DNA of 64,000 bases from Candidatus Nomurabacteria bacterium (GCA_020631905.1 JACKGQ010000001.1:485854-549853); one strand, 5' to 3'. Counted from the stretch's first letter, positions 47,421-56,334 are shown. Notes: generated by a model from the letters alone, not told the origin. Made by a program: numbers and translations.

Positions 47421-48077
47421 ATGGATGGAGATATCAAGCGGGGTGTCAAGCCTATTCAGCGGCCAAAACAGCGCTCAGAGACGCTTGTTCGTAGAGCCGC
47501 TCAGGTGCAGAAGACCCGTCAAGCCATCGATGCCCTTCCCGCCCCAAAAAAGATTGCATCCAATAAGACTACGCGTGGTTTTCGAAACAAGATCAACCCA
47601 TTCGAGCCGCCGGCAGGATTCCGTAAACCCAGAAGACACCACATGTGGCGGGCTATCAGTGGGCTAGCGGCCCTGTTTACCTTCGGTGCGTTAACCTTTA
47701 TGCTTGGCTATACCTTTGACCACGACCATAATTCGATGATAGATGCCGACAACACCGAGACTACAAGTCAGAGTGGTTTACCCGAGTGTGAGGTCGTCTG
47801 GGACAAAACAAGCGCGAGCAACAGCCCTAACTTTGAGCTAACTTTCGACCGCGAGTTGCCAGTTAGCTTTAGCGTGCAATTTACTGTCGAAGATGTTGAT
47901 ACAGGTATCCGCTCAATAATTAGGCCGATCAACGGCAAATATACTTTAACTGCAACACATCCAAGTGCTTACATGATAACGGTCAAACAAGAAAGCGATG
48001 TTGCTACCAGGGCGGTGCTTTGCTCGTACGGACCAGTGCTACTGGGGTTTGGCAGCGCTTCTAGCCAGAAACCCTAA
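47421..48077 (+). CDS. Hypothetical single-pass membrane protein
   Basis: Basic N-terminus and TM helix AISGLAALFTFGALTFMLGY. Start set at MDGDIK, downstream of the TATAAT at 47405-47410. Confidence 0.5.
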   Translation: MDGDIKRGVKPIQRPKQRSETLVRRAAQVQKTRQAIDALPAPKKIASNKTTRGFRNKINPFEPPAGFRKPRRHHMWRAISGLAALFTFGALTFMLGYTFDHDHNSMIDADNTETTSQSGLPECEVVWDKTSASNSPNFELTFDRELPVSFSVQFTVEDVDTGIRSIIRPINGKYTLTATHPSAYMITVKQESDVATRAVLCSYGPVLLGFGSASSQKP

Positions 48078-48529
48078 AAGGCGCGCTTAATACTTTTGGC
48101 AGCTTCTCGGTTTTGCTGGCGAGCCTTGATGATTGCGCGTTTATCGTATTGTTTTTTACCTTTAGCAACGGCGATCTGAATCTTAATGTATCGCCCGGGT
48201 ATGAGTTTTGTCGGCACGATTGACAGATTGTTTTGTTTGGCGGCAATCAGTTCTTCAAGCTGGTTGCGTTTTAAAAGAAGTTTTCGTGGAGCTGAACGCT
48301 GATTTTCTGGTAAATATTTTGCATTACTTGGCATCGGACTAAGCTGGAGATTGTTTAACCAAGCTTCGCCGTCTCTAATTGTCACAAACGAGCCACGCAT
48401 ACTTAGCCTACCCGCCCGGATACTAGCTACTTCAGCGCCCAACAAAACAATGCCTGCTTCGTAGGTTTGTTGGAGTTCGTAATCAAAACGGGCTTTAGTA
48501 TTTACAAGTTTACTGTGTTTGGCGGCCAT
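48074..48529 (-). CDS. smpB: SsrA-binding protein SmpB
   Basis: NTKARFDYELQQTYEAGIVLLGAEV and the basic C-terminal tail. Start set at MAAKHSK. Confidence 0.9.
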   Translation of the reverse strand: MAAKHSKLVNTKARFDYELQQTYEAGIVLLGAEVASIRAGRLSMRGSFVTIRDGEAWLNNLQLSPMPSNAKYLPENQRSAPRKLLLKRNQLEELIAAKQNNLSIVPTKLIPGRYIKIQIAVAKGKKQYDKRAIIKARQQNREAAKSIKRAF

Positions 48530-48548
48530 GGGTGATATTTTACATGTT

Positions 48549-49562
48549 TTATTGAGCGTCCTGAAGTTTGTTGACACCTCTTTCAAAAATCGCAATTTTG
48601 TCGGCATCGGTTTCGTGGCTCTTTAAACTAAAAATTAGTAATGTATTCTTGTCGTAAAGCACTGTGTAAACAGTCTCTTTACCAGTCTCTTCGGCCTGTT
48701 GATTATAATTTTCGATATCGACTACTAGTTTATAGGCAGGTAAATTATCGATAGTCTGTCGTTCGGACGTACGTACTGTATATATCTCGCGCGTGGAGTC
48801 GTTGCTGGTCGAGTCTTGGCTATATGTTTTAACAAGCTCGTCGAGACGGTCGTAGAACATTGTTTCGTCAATGTCTTGATTGGTCTTTTCTACCAAGTAT
48901 TCAATTTTAGCCGCGTATTGTCCGACATCTGCTCCAGTTTCACTAAAAGTCGTTTTGTTGCTAGAGACTTGATCGACCTGCCAGTTCTCTGGGTAGCCAA
49001 AGCTGACAGCTGGGTCGCTAGCTTGGAAGGTCTGCAAACCTCCTAGATTACTCAGCAGCCGAAATGCCAAATAGCCAACCAGACATATAACAACAAAGAT
49101 TCCGGCAAACAGTCCAAAGATTTTTTTACGGTTCGACTGTTTGGGCGCCGACTGGATAGCTTGTGGCAAATTAGACTCTGGCCCCGGCAAGGCCCCAGTA
49201 TTCATAGTATTGGTATCTGTCTGTCGGATAAAATCTTGGGGGTTTAGCGGTGCCGGCTGAGGCTTGATTTCTGGCTCGGCTTCTGGGATTAAGGGTGGCG
49301 CAGGGCTAACCGCCGGTTGGCTTAAATCTACGATCCCAGTCGTGGTAGCTGGGTTCTCTGGCTGGGCTGTCATTTGAGCTGGTGTAGAGCCATCGTTGAT
49401 TACTGCCGCTAATGGTGGCGGACTAGATAGGGTTGTCTGGCCAGCCGGTAACGGCATGCCGACATCAACGTGTAGCTCGTCAGCTGACTGGCTGGGAGTA
49501 TCGTTATTAGGTTGAATTTCGGGTGGATTCTGAGAATTTGAATCTAACTGATTGTCTTCCAT
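48549..49562 (-). CDS. Hypothetical membrane-anchored protein with a Pro-rich N-terminal region
   Basis: Pro/Gln-rich 140 aa, a TM helix, then an extracytoplasmic domain. Confidence 0.5.
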   Translation of the reverse strand: MEDNQLDSNSQNPPEIQPNNDTPSQSADELHVDVGMPLPAGQTTLSSPPPLAAVINDGSTPAQMTAQPENPATTTGIVDLSQPAVSPAPPLIPEAEPEIKPQPAPLNPQDFIRQTDTNTMNTGALPGPESNLPQAIQSAPKQSNRKKIFGLFAGIFVVICLVGYLAFRLLSNLGGLQTFQASDPAVSFGYPENWQVDQVSSNKTTFSETGADVGQYAAKIEYLVEKTNQDIDETMFYDRLDELVKTYSQDSTSNDSTREIYTVRTSERQTIDNLPAYKLVVDIENYNQQAEETGKETVYTVLYDKNTLLIFSLKSHETDADKIAIFERGVNKLQDAQ

Positions 49563-49570
49563 ATCTCTCC

Positions 49571-50698
49571 TTACTTATATTTAGGCAGCTCTTGCTGAAT
49601 GGTTGTCCAGACAGACGAATCGTTCCAGTATGTTTTGCGCCAATAAAACCATTCTGCTCCCCATAAATCTATTGTACGCATTCCGGTTGCGTATGCATAA
49701 GATAATCTTTTTGAAAGCCGGTTTGCGTCCATCGATTGCTGTTGTTCTTGGTCGTTTAGGTCGGCTGTACTCACCGGCCCCCATGGCTCAACTTGAAGCT
49801 CGTGAATAAACGTGTCAACTCCCGTGGTTATTTTTGTGAGCCCGGCGATCCCTGCGTAAAACCAGACAGGATACGGATATTCGTAATAACCAACCGGATT
49901 ATGAACACGCTTGTAAATAGAAAATGCTGTTCTGTCTGCTCGGGGTTGGCCAATTGGCCATGATGGTAAGAAATTGTTGCTCCGGGTGATAACTATTGGC
50001 TTGCTCGTCAAAGATTTTACGAGGCTATACTCGTTTTCTAGGCGCTCGCGATCATGATCTGGGCATTCGCCAAAGAAGCCAGTAAAAAACTCATTCTCGA
50101 GTTGATACTCAACTACATTTGGGCTGGAATCGTAACGTTCAACAGTTGCTTGAAGATAGTTTTGCAGTTCTTTACGCCAGTCGTCAGCTGGTAATTGTTT
50201 GGCCCAGTCGGGCATATGACATTCTGGCCACCTTGGCTGGCGCAGACCGATTGCTAGGGATACTTGTTTATCGTACTTTTCGGCAATTGCAATCTGTTCG
50301 TCGAGCTCCTGCCAGTTATATTGACCCCTGGTTGCTTCGTGTACATCCCAGTAGCTCATTAAACGGAGTCGGCTGATTGGCAGTTCACTGGCTACCGCCT
50401 CTAAGCCGGCTTGCGGATCAACTCCCAGTTCGCGAGCAAATTTATACGACCAACTCACACCCCATGTTAGAGGCGTGGTGCTTGCCTGTCGGCGATACCA
50501 AACACCAGCAAAATAGACCAAACTACACAGCAATAAGAATGTTATCAGCAAGCTGTTCATAACATACGCCAGTCGACTTTTTGGTCGAATCTTTTGCCAG
50601 ATTGCTACCGCCCAAGCACGAAACTTCTCAAAATACATTAGTTTACCCATCGAATTCGCATATAATACTGAACTAGAGTTTATCATGAAAGATGCCAA
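49571..50698 (-). CDS. Membrane-anchored clan GH-A-like glycoside hydrolase (GH5-like) candidate
   Basis: YQLENEF (Asn-Glu acid/base) and HELQVEPWG (candidate nucleophile Glu), preceded by a TM helix. Confidence 0.45.
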   Translation of the reverse strand: MASFMINSSSVLYANSMGKLMYFEKFRAWAVAIWQKIRPKSRLAYVMNSLLITFLLLCSLVYFAGVWYRRQASTTPLTWGVSWSYKFARELGVDPQAGLEAVASELPISRLRLMSYWDVHEATRGQYNWQELDEQIAIAEKYDKQVSLAIGLRQPRWPECHMPDWAKQLPADDWRKELQNYLQATVERYDSSPNVVEYQLENEFFTGFFGECPDHDRERLENEYSLVKSLTSKPIVITRSNNFLPSWPIGQPRADRTAFSIYKRVHNPVGYYEYPYPVWFYAGIAGLTKITTGVDTFIHELQVEPWGPVSTADLNDQEQQQSMDANRLSKRLSYAYATGMRTIDLWGAEWFYWRKTYWNDSSVWTTIQQELPKYK

Positions 50699-51491
50699 TC
50701 TTAGTCTCGTAATCCCCTGTTATAACGAGCAAGCCTACTTACCAGCTTGCCTGTCGGCGATTATCCCCCAACTGTTGCCGGGCGACGAACTAATTGTGGT
50801 TGACAATAACTCGACAGACAAAACCTCCCAGCTAGCCACTAAATATGGTGCCAAAGTAATTCAAGAGCAGCGTCAGGGTCAAGTGTTTGCCCAAGATACG
50901 GGCTTTAAAACTGCTATAAATCAATTTCTAGTAAGGCTTGATGCCGACACGATTCTACCAGGTGACTGGCTAGCAAGGGTTCGCCAGCACTTTGCACAGG
51001 GTGCACTGGCAGTAAGCGGGCCAGCAAGACCGCGCGATGTTCAATTTCAGCGCTTATCACAGTTTATGGTACATCTGTCTTTCTATAGTTTTAGGCTGAT
51101 TATTGGTGGTTTTCCGATGTTTGGCTCGGCTTATGCAATCCGCAAAACTACCTGGCAGACTTGTCAGCCAGGTTTGCATCGTCTGCCAAACATTTGGGAG
51201 GACATGGAACTCGGGATAGTTTTGCATAAACTAGGGCTGCAAGTTGTATACGACAAGCAGTTAGTTGCCAGTGTATCGGCTCGTAATGTGGTTGGGGTAT
51301 CATACTGGCGGGCGGTCGGCTACCAACTGTATGCGCCGCGAACCCTAGCTGTAAATCGGATGTACTTTCGGGCTTGTATGAGTTTTATTGAACGTCTGCT
51401 AGTAGTTATTGTTGCTACCCCGATCATCTTGATCGAGCATCTACTAAACAAGACCAAACCTAGTCACAAGCAGACCAAAGGCCGACTCTAG
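50685..51491 (+). CDS. Family 2 glycosyltransferase
   Basis: LSLVIPCYNEQAYL, VVDNNSTD and RLDADT (DxD). Confidence 0.85.
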   Translation: MKDANLSLVIPCYNEQAYLPACLSAIIPQLLPGDELIVVDNNSTDKTSQLATKYGAKVIQEQRQGQVFAQDTGFKTAINQFLVRLDADTILPGDWLARVRQHFAQGALAVSGPARPRDVQFQRLSQFMVHLSFYSFRLIIGGFPMFGSAYAIRKTTWQTCQPGLHRLPNIWEDMELGIVLHKLGLQVVYDKQLVASVSARNVVGVSYWRAVGYQLYAPRTLAVNRMYFRACMSFIERLLVVIVATPIILIEHLLNKTKPSHKQTKGRL

Positions 51492-51996
51492 CCGCTTCGG
51501 CGCTTGCAGATGCATCCCTAAACTCTTGACTCCGACCATGCGGAAATACCAGGTACGCTTTGCTATAACCTTGGCGGATTAGCTCTAGATTGACATCTAG
51601 ATCGTCGCTGGCTCGAACCACATAACGCAATAGTCGGCCATAAATGTCTCGGTTGCTACTACTGGCGTCAGCTAGCAAGCGGACTCTTTGCCCAGTCAGT
51701 AAGCTAGTTGTAAAGTCACTGGCTTCCGGGCCGTAGCATTGGACGGGAGTATTAGGTTTGTGGGTTTCGGGCGTATCGACACCAATAAATCGAACTTTCT
51801 CGGGGGTACCATCCATTAATACCTCGATAGTATCGCCGTCGTAGATGTTCAGCACAAGGTATGTATCGCTGCTGGCAATGTCTTGACCTAGCGTCGCGCG
51901 GGAGACATGATCGACAACATAAGTCAGGCAGATAACCAGCAAAGCCAAGAGTAATTTATAGATTAGCTTTTTTAGCTGCTTGGTTGTTTTCACCAA
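51460..51996 (-). CDS. Thermonuclease (staphylococcal-nuclease fold), secreted or anchored
   Basis: An N-terminal TM/signal helix, then VRFIGVDTPET and YGRLLRYV motifs. Confidence 0.8.
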   Translation of the reverse strand: MVKTTKQLKKLIYKLLLALLVICLTYVVDHVSRATLGQDIASSDTYLVLNIYDGDTIEVLMDGTPEKVRFIGVDTPETHKPNTPVQCYGPEASDFTTSLLTGQRVRLLADASSSNRDIYGRLLRYVVRASDDLDVNLELIRQGYSKAYLVFPHGRSQEFRDASASAEAARVGLWSACD

Positions 51997-52126
51997 AGCA
52001 TATTATCAACAACCGCGAGCTAAAGCACGCGGCTTGTTGGAAATTAGCCCTTGCATACTGTAGTCTGCAATGTCGCCGCTTGGCGACAAATGCCAACGAC
52101 TTAGCGGTCGTTGGCGAGCGCGAATT

Positions 52127-52159
52127 ATAAACGAAAAGACCGCCCAATAAAGGACGGTC
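52127..52159 (-). terminator. Intrinsic terminator ending the GC-rich unit
   Basis: On the minus strand: GACCGTCC-TTTATT-GGGCGGTC followed by TTTTCGTTTAT. One pair is G.U on the minus strand only. Confidence 0.6.
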
Positions 52160-52423
52160 GAATGTTGTTCGTAGGGAGCGAGGCTCAACCGTACGAACTG
52201 CTCTAACTCGAGCAAACGGAGATCTAATTTAGATCAATCAACGTTCGCGAGGAGCGTTGCTAGCAACATTTTCGGGTTTCCCCCGAGGGCGGCTGGCTGG
52301 TCCGCCGGAGCAGACCAGCCAGCCGCAGGCACCACCTCGCAGGAGAGAGGTAGGTGTTAAAACGACGCGTGATTGGCCCCCCAGGCCCACACCAAACATC
52401 GTTAGTTGTGCCGCCCGACACAC

Positions 52424-52640
52424 TCAATTGGCTACCGCTATGGGTCGCCCGATACGGGTGGCAATTTGCCGGCACTTCTTGCGAAGTCCGGAGAGTTTGG
52501 GGAGCAAGTCGCCGGGCGGCATACTCCCCTCTAGAAAAATCTCTTGAGGGCTGTCGGTAAGTTTGTCCAGGCCGGCGATTATGCCAACCAACTGCGAATG
52601 GCGCAGGGTTCCTCCGATGCATTCTCCGTGAGCTTTTTTC
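52424..52640 (-). pseudogene. Protein-like reading frame without a start codon (…GGTLRHSQLVGIIAGLDKLTDSPQEIFLEGSMPPGDLLPKLSGLRKKCRQIATRIGRPIAVAN*), apparently frame-shifted at an A6 run
   Basis: The upstream frame reads TERRKRYDDLLEK and switches frame at GAAAAAAGC (about 52633-52640). There is no ATG, GTG or TTG in either frame upstream. Confidence 0.3.
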
Positions 52641-53163
52641 CAGAAGGTCGTCGTAGCGCTTCCGCCGTTCAGTCTGCAGGACGTCTGCTAGGTTCCGAGC
52701 TGGGCTCGAATCCTAGGTCTTAGACCCCGCAACCAGTGAACCTTGGTTTGCCTATTAGTCGACGACCCAGATCTGTCGGTTCTCGTGAAAGAACCGACGC
52801 GGGTCATTTCTCCCCGTGAATCGATCGGCGCGACCCAGTGGCATTGGGTGCGGTTGACAGCCGCATGCCACTGGGTCGACTTCAGATGTACGCCATCTGT
52901 CTCCATGCCGAGTTGCCTCGGTACAACTCTTGCGAGCTGCAGCGTCAGAGCCGTACGCCCTGTGCTTACGTTTTGGGTGTCAATCCAACTATAAGCGATT
53001 CGACTGGTTCGGAGTGCGCGTTCCCTTGGCTTAACCTAGCCAGTCGAATTGTCACGTCGGTGCCGCAGGATCGTATGTGCTGCGGGCCGTGCGTCGACGT
53101 ATCGGTACCAAGTTGCCTTGGCTACCGATCGTGGCCAACATTGCTGCTGGCCTTCTCGAGTTG

Positions 53164-53391
53164 CTACGTGTTGCCACGCAACCTCTCTATTGTGTGGAGC
53201 TTAGCCCCAGCGACCTTGCCCCCGAGCAGCCAACACGGCGTACTCGAGGGTTTGGGGAAGGTTCCCCGCGTCCGGCAGGATGCCGGTGAGCGGTTTGAGA
53301 CGGGAATGTTTTGGTACCTTCCTTGCAGGCGGAGCTGGCGAGGGTCCAACGCCCTCCGCTCCTTGGTGATGCGGGTGAACGCATCGTTCAC
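53164..53391 (-). pseudogene. Small ORF with a perfect RBS whose GC3 signal changes frame midway (frameshifted gene?)
   Basis: AAGGAGGTGAACG-ATG. It starts MNDAFTRITKERRALDPRQLRL in a GC3-rich frame. After a low-GC patch (ggaaggtaccaaaaca) the protein-like, GC3-rich frame is the next one (KPLTGILPDAGNLPQTLEYAVLAARGQGRWG*, stop at 53201-53203). Confidence 0.35.
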
Positions 53392-53416
53392 CTCCTTGCC
53401 TTTCGATCGTCGTCGG

Positions 53417-53566
53417 CTAGGAGGTGATGGTGGTGCCGCCGGCGGCGGCGTTCATCAGGGCCGGCTCGGTGTGCGTGGTGTCCGCACCACCGATGTCGAC
53501 GTCGGTGCGACATGCGACGATGTTCTGGCCCTGGAGGGCGGCCGTCTGGCCGCTCTTGGTTCGCAT
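53417..53566 (-). CDS. 49-aa GC-rich mini-ORF (MRTKSGQTAALQGQNIVACRTDVDIGGADTTHTEPALMNAAAGGTTITS)
   Basis: RBS GGAGAGAGGA lies about 8 nt upstream. 45 of 49 codons end in G or C, a strong coding signal of high-GC type. Confidence 0.45.
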   Translation of the reverse strand: MRTKSGQTAALQGQNIVACRTDVDIGGADTTHTEPALMNAAAGGTTITS

Positions 53567-54071
53567 CTGGTGTTTCCTCTCTCCCCCGGAGGGGGTTGGC
53601 GGAAGCCGGTGCTTCACCCATTGGGATGACCCGCAGGGTTCGACTTGGACTTACCTTTGCAGGTGTCCCCAAGTCTACCTCGACGTTTCTTACCTGAAGT
53701 GTACGCGTCGGGGTTGGGTTGCCTTTACGGCGGATACTACACACCAAGATGTGTACTATTCGCCGCAAAGACTTATTAGCCAAACGGCTAAAGATGTTGC
53801 TAGCTTGTTAAACAACATAAGTGTGGTCTGCTTAGTCTGCGTGATTAAATTTGAATTGTCTCGCAAGTTAAGTGATGTACTTCACACTTAAGTGGGTTAG
53901 AATTTACACAATCTTCAAATATTTGTCAACATTATTTTCATAAAATCAACATATGGTGTCATAAAACTGCTTGAAACGCTAGATGTGTTGATTTTTACAA
54001 TCTTTTATTGACGCAAGAACTTTCAACAAAATTTAGCTTAGTTTAAACTGTCTCCAATTTGGAGGGTAGCA

Positions 54072-55676
54072 ATGGCCGCACAAGAGGCTGATAATCAGGG
54101 TGTTCTTGATATTGAAGAGCGTTTAAGTCGCGAAGCTGCGCTCGAGCGGTTTATGACGCCTCAACCGCTCAGAAATCAGAATCGCCAAGTAAGATTAGTC
54201 AATGAACGCTTGATTAGCCTTGGCTCGGCAGGTTTAACTCTAGTCTACCGAGCTTCCTCGCCTTTTATGAACCGGCAGCTTCGCGAAGAGTACAGTGCAA
54301 CTCATGCATTGCGGATAGGTAGAGAGATTGCCGAATTTGGACAACTTCAAGAGTGCGGGATCGCTGTGTTTACTGATCGCACTACGCTTGCGAGATACAT
54401 CAGTGATTCGAACGAATTTTACGAAACAACAACCCATCAAAGAGATATTGCCGAGCACGCTCGCCTTGGTGGCTGGTTTGTGACTATCTATGGACATAAC
54501 CGCCAGCTCGGGGTAGCTGGGGTGAACTTGGCAAACAATGGACACCCAGACAGAGGTATTGCCCTGCGTGGCCGAATACATCGCGATCCGTCTTTTCGTG
54601 ATTTCTTGCGAATGCAAGCCATCGAGAATACTGGCCAAATGCCGCCTGCCTGGAATCGAGCTCGTTCGATGGCTAGAATGTATGAACTATCTGTTCGAGA
54701 TCAGCAAACCTTATCACTCAAAGAGATTGCCGAGTTCTATGGGGTCGATGAGGATCAAGTCTGGCGTTCGTTTAACTATATGGAGCTACCAAGTGAGTTT
54801 CGAGAGCTCGTTGAGGCAAGTGGCACGTTAAGCTACTCGAGTGCCATTGAGTTTCGTAGACTGCTCGGGATATACGCCGAGCAAGACATTTTCGAGCTAG
54901 CTAAGCTTTCGATTAAAGATGGTTGGTCAACTAAGCGGACTGCCGAAGAAGTTGCCAAGCGAGTTAAAATCCGCAGCTTACCAGCCGAAATTCAGGTACT
55001 AGTAAATGGAGAAAATATTTCGGCTAAACAAACGGAACTTGTTTATGACATGCATCTGGCTGGCGCTAGTGAGTACGAGCTTAGAGAGTTTGTTATCTGG
55101 ATTACAACTGCCGATCCAGCTCCCAGAATCGACGATATACGCGCAAAAGTTGCCGAACGTCGCCGAGGCTCACGCAGTGGTCAGCAGGATATATTCAGTG
55201 GTGGCTACGACGATGAAGAAATTGCCGAAAGAGAGCGTCGCAACATTGCACTCGCTAGCACACGGATGCACGTCGGTAGTACGGTTAGAAGAATTAATGA
55301 TGGCTTAGGCACCTTGCGTAGTTTATTAGACAACGGTTTCTTGGCTGGTGTTGTTGGTAATAAGCCAATCGATTCCGCTAAAGAAGGCTTGAACGGTACG
55401 TTGCAACGAAACCTTGCCGCCCTACTCGAAGAAATCTCTTCGTCAGACCAGGCGGGAGATAACCTTAGACAAGCTCTGAAGCTCTTACAATCCGCAGAAG
55501 CCGGACTAGATCCTTCTCTCAAGTCAGAAATTAGCCGCATTATTATTGGTTTTGAGGAACTTTTGATGGCCGAAGCCGATACTAGCGATCAAGACCAGCG
55601 CGAAAGATTAGCGGCCGCCAGAGCAAGAATACAAGCGTCTATCCCCGAACGAACTATCGAGCAATCACTATTTTAA
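54072..55676 (+). CDS. Divergent ParB/KorB-like HTH protein (orphan; no parA nearby)
   Basis: RBS GGAGGG. LSLKEIAEFYGVDEDQVWRSFNYMELPSEFRELVEASGTLSYSSAIEF parallels the ParB HTH plus the L.LP..V..L...G.LS.GHA segment. The N-terminal region is ParB-N-like but lacks the GERR box. Confidence 0.5.
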   Translation: MAAQEADNQGVLDIEERLSREAALERFMTPQPLRNQNRQVRLVNERLISLGSAGLTLVYRASSPFMNRQLREEYSATHALRIGREIAEFGQLQECGIAVFTDRTTLARYISDSNEFYETTTHQRDIAEHARLGGWFVTIYGHNRQLGVAGVNLANNGHPDRGIALRGRIHRDPSFRDFLRMQAIENTGQMPPAWNRARSMARMYELSVRDQQTLSLKEIAEFYGVDEDQVWRSFNYMELPSEFRELVEASGTLSYSSAIEFRRLLGIYAEQDIFELAKLSIKDGWSTKRTAEEVAKRVKIRSLPAEIQVLVNGENISAKQTELVYDMHLAGASEYELREFVIWITTADPAPRIDDIRAKVAERRRGSRSGQQDIFSGGYDDEEIAERERRNIALASTRMHVGSTVRRINDGLGTLRSLLDNGFLAGVVGNKPIDSAKEGLNGTLQRNLAALLEEISSSDQAGDNLRQALKLLQSAEAGLDPSLKSEISRIIIGFEELLMAEADTSDQDQRERLAAARARIQASIPERTIEQSLF

Positions 55677-55747
55677 AGAATAAGGCTGTCTTGCGAATAA
55701 ATGAGCTAGTCAGATATCTTTTAAGCGACCAGTAATTTACTAAGGTA

Positions 55748-56317
55748 TTAGTAGTCGATACCCTTATTGGCTAAAAATTTGTCGTCGAAGTGGTGTTTGA
55801 GCTTGGTCATATTGGTGGCAATATCAACCTTGCTCAGAAGTTTTTCTGGAAAGTTACGACCAGTTAGGCACAAACTAACTGCTTTGCCGCGCTTCTCGAT
55901 TAAATTTTGTAAATCTATTTCTTCTAGCAGACCATCGTGGACCGCATTGTTGATTTCGTCGCAAACTACTAAATCGAATTTGCCCGAGCAAGCAGCTTCT
56001 AGGGCAAATTCGTATGTATCGCGGGCAGCTTGCTTGTGTTCGGCCACCGAAACATTTTTGGCCGACATATCGCCAGCATTGTAAAAGCCTTTACCGCCTG
56101 TTTTGAAGACCAGCTTATCTTTAAAAACCGGAGTAATTTTCTCTAGAAAATCGTGCTCGCCTACCCGCCAGTGCTTAATAAATTGGACATAGGCGACTCG
56201 CCAATCACGGCCCAAGGCACGGGCGACTAAACCCAGGCTAGCGCTTGTTTTGCCCTTGCCTTCACCGGTGTAAACGACCACAACCGATTGTTTGGTCTGA
56301 AAATCTTCAAAACTCAT
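55748..56317 (-). CDS. cobO: Cob(I)yrinic acid a,c-diamide (corrinoid) adenosyltransferase, CobA/CobO type
   Basis: YTGEGKGKTSASLGLVARALG P-loop and VCDEINNAV. Confidence 0.8.
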   Translation of the reverse strand: MSFEDFQTKQSVVVVYTGEGKGKTSASLGLVARALGRDWRVAYVQFIKHWRVGEHDFLEKITPVFKDKLVFKTGGKGFYNAGDMSAKNVSVAEHKQAARDTYEFALEAACSGKFDLVVCDEINNAVHDGLLEEIDLQNLIEKRGKAVSLCLTGRNFPEKLLSKVDIATNMTKLKHHFDDKFLANKGIDY

Positions 56318-56334
56318 TGTGTATACTATAACCC

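Larger units (their letters stand above)
52160..53748 (-). other. High-GC, hairpin-dense, ORF-poor unit: a candidate large structured RNA with embedded mini-ORFs, or a decaying foreign insert
   Basis: 60-68% GC against a ~45% backbone. Contains a chain of perfect 8-14 bp stems. Stops occur in all frames. A weak promoter TTGGCT-17-AATAGT lies at 53755-53783 on the minus strand, and a terminator at 52127-52159. Confidence 0.4.

Noticed and set aside
52000-52260. Possible tmRNA near smpB (hairpins and a short ORF ending in TAA)
   Set aside because: There is no tRNA-like acceptor/T-arm ending in CCA, no GGGG 5' end and no Ala-rich tag ending. These hairpins sit in the promoter region of the nuclease gene and after the terminator of the GC-rich unit.
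52688-52716. Guanidine-I (ykkC)-like string CUAGGUUCCGAGC on the plus strand
   Set aside because: The other conserved ykkC elements (GGUCCGAGAG, ACGG...GGGA) are absent, and no regulated gene lies downstream on that strand. It is better explained as one hairpin of the minus-strand unit.
53417-53566. Lasso peptide or lanthipeptide precursor reading of the 49-aa mini-ORF (a GG motif followed by a Thr-rich segment)
   Set aside because: No cyclase, protease, dehydratase or transporter genes are nearby. The putative core has only one Cys, upstream of the GG, and there is no Thr at the penultimate leader position. The call stays as an uncharacterised mini-ORF.
52238-53783. Many 60-263-aa ORFs in all six frames (e.g. 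52838-53629 plus strand, 53388-53783 minus strand)
   Set aside because: The composition does not look protein-like: rich in Arg, Cys, Trp and His, with runs such as RRRRRHHHH. There are no RBSs and the ORFs overlap one another, which is expected for open frames in 65% GC DNA. Only the short GC3-supported segments are kept.
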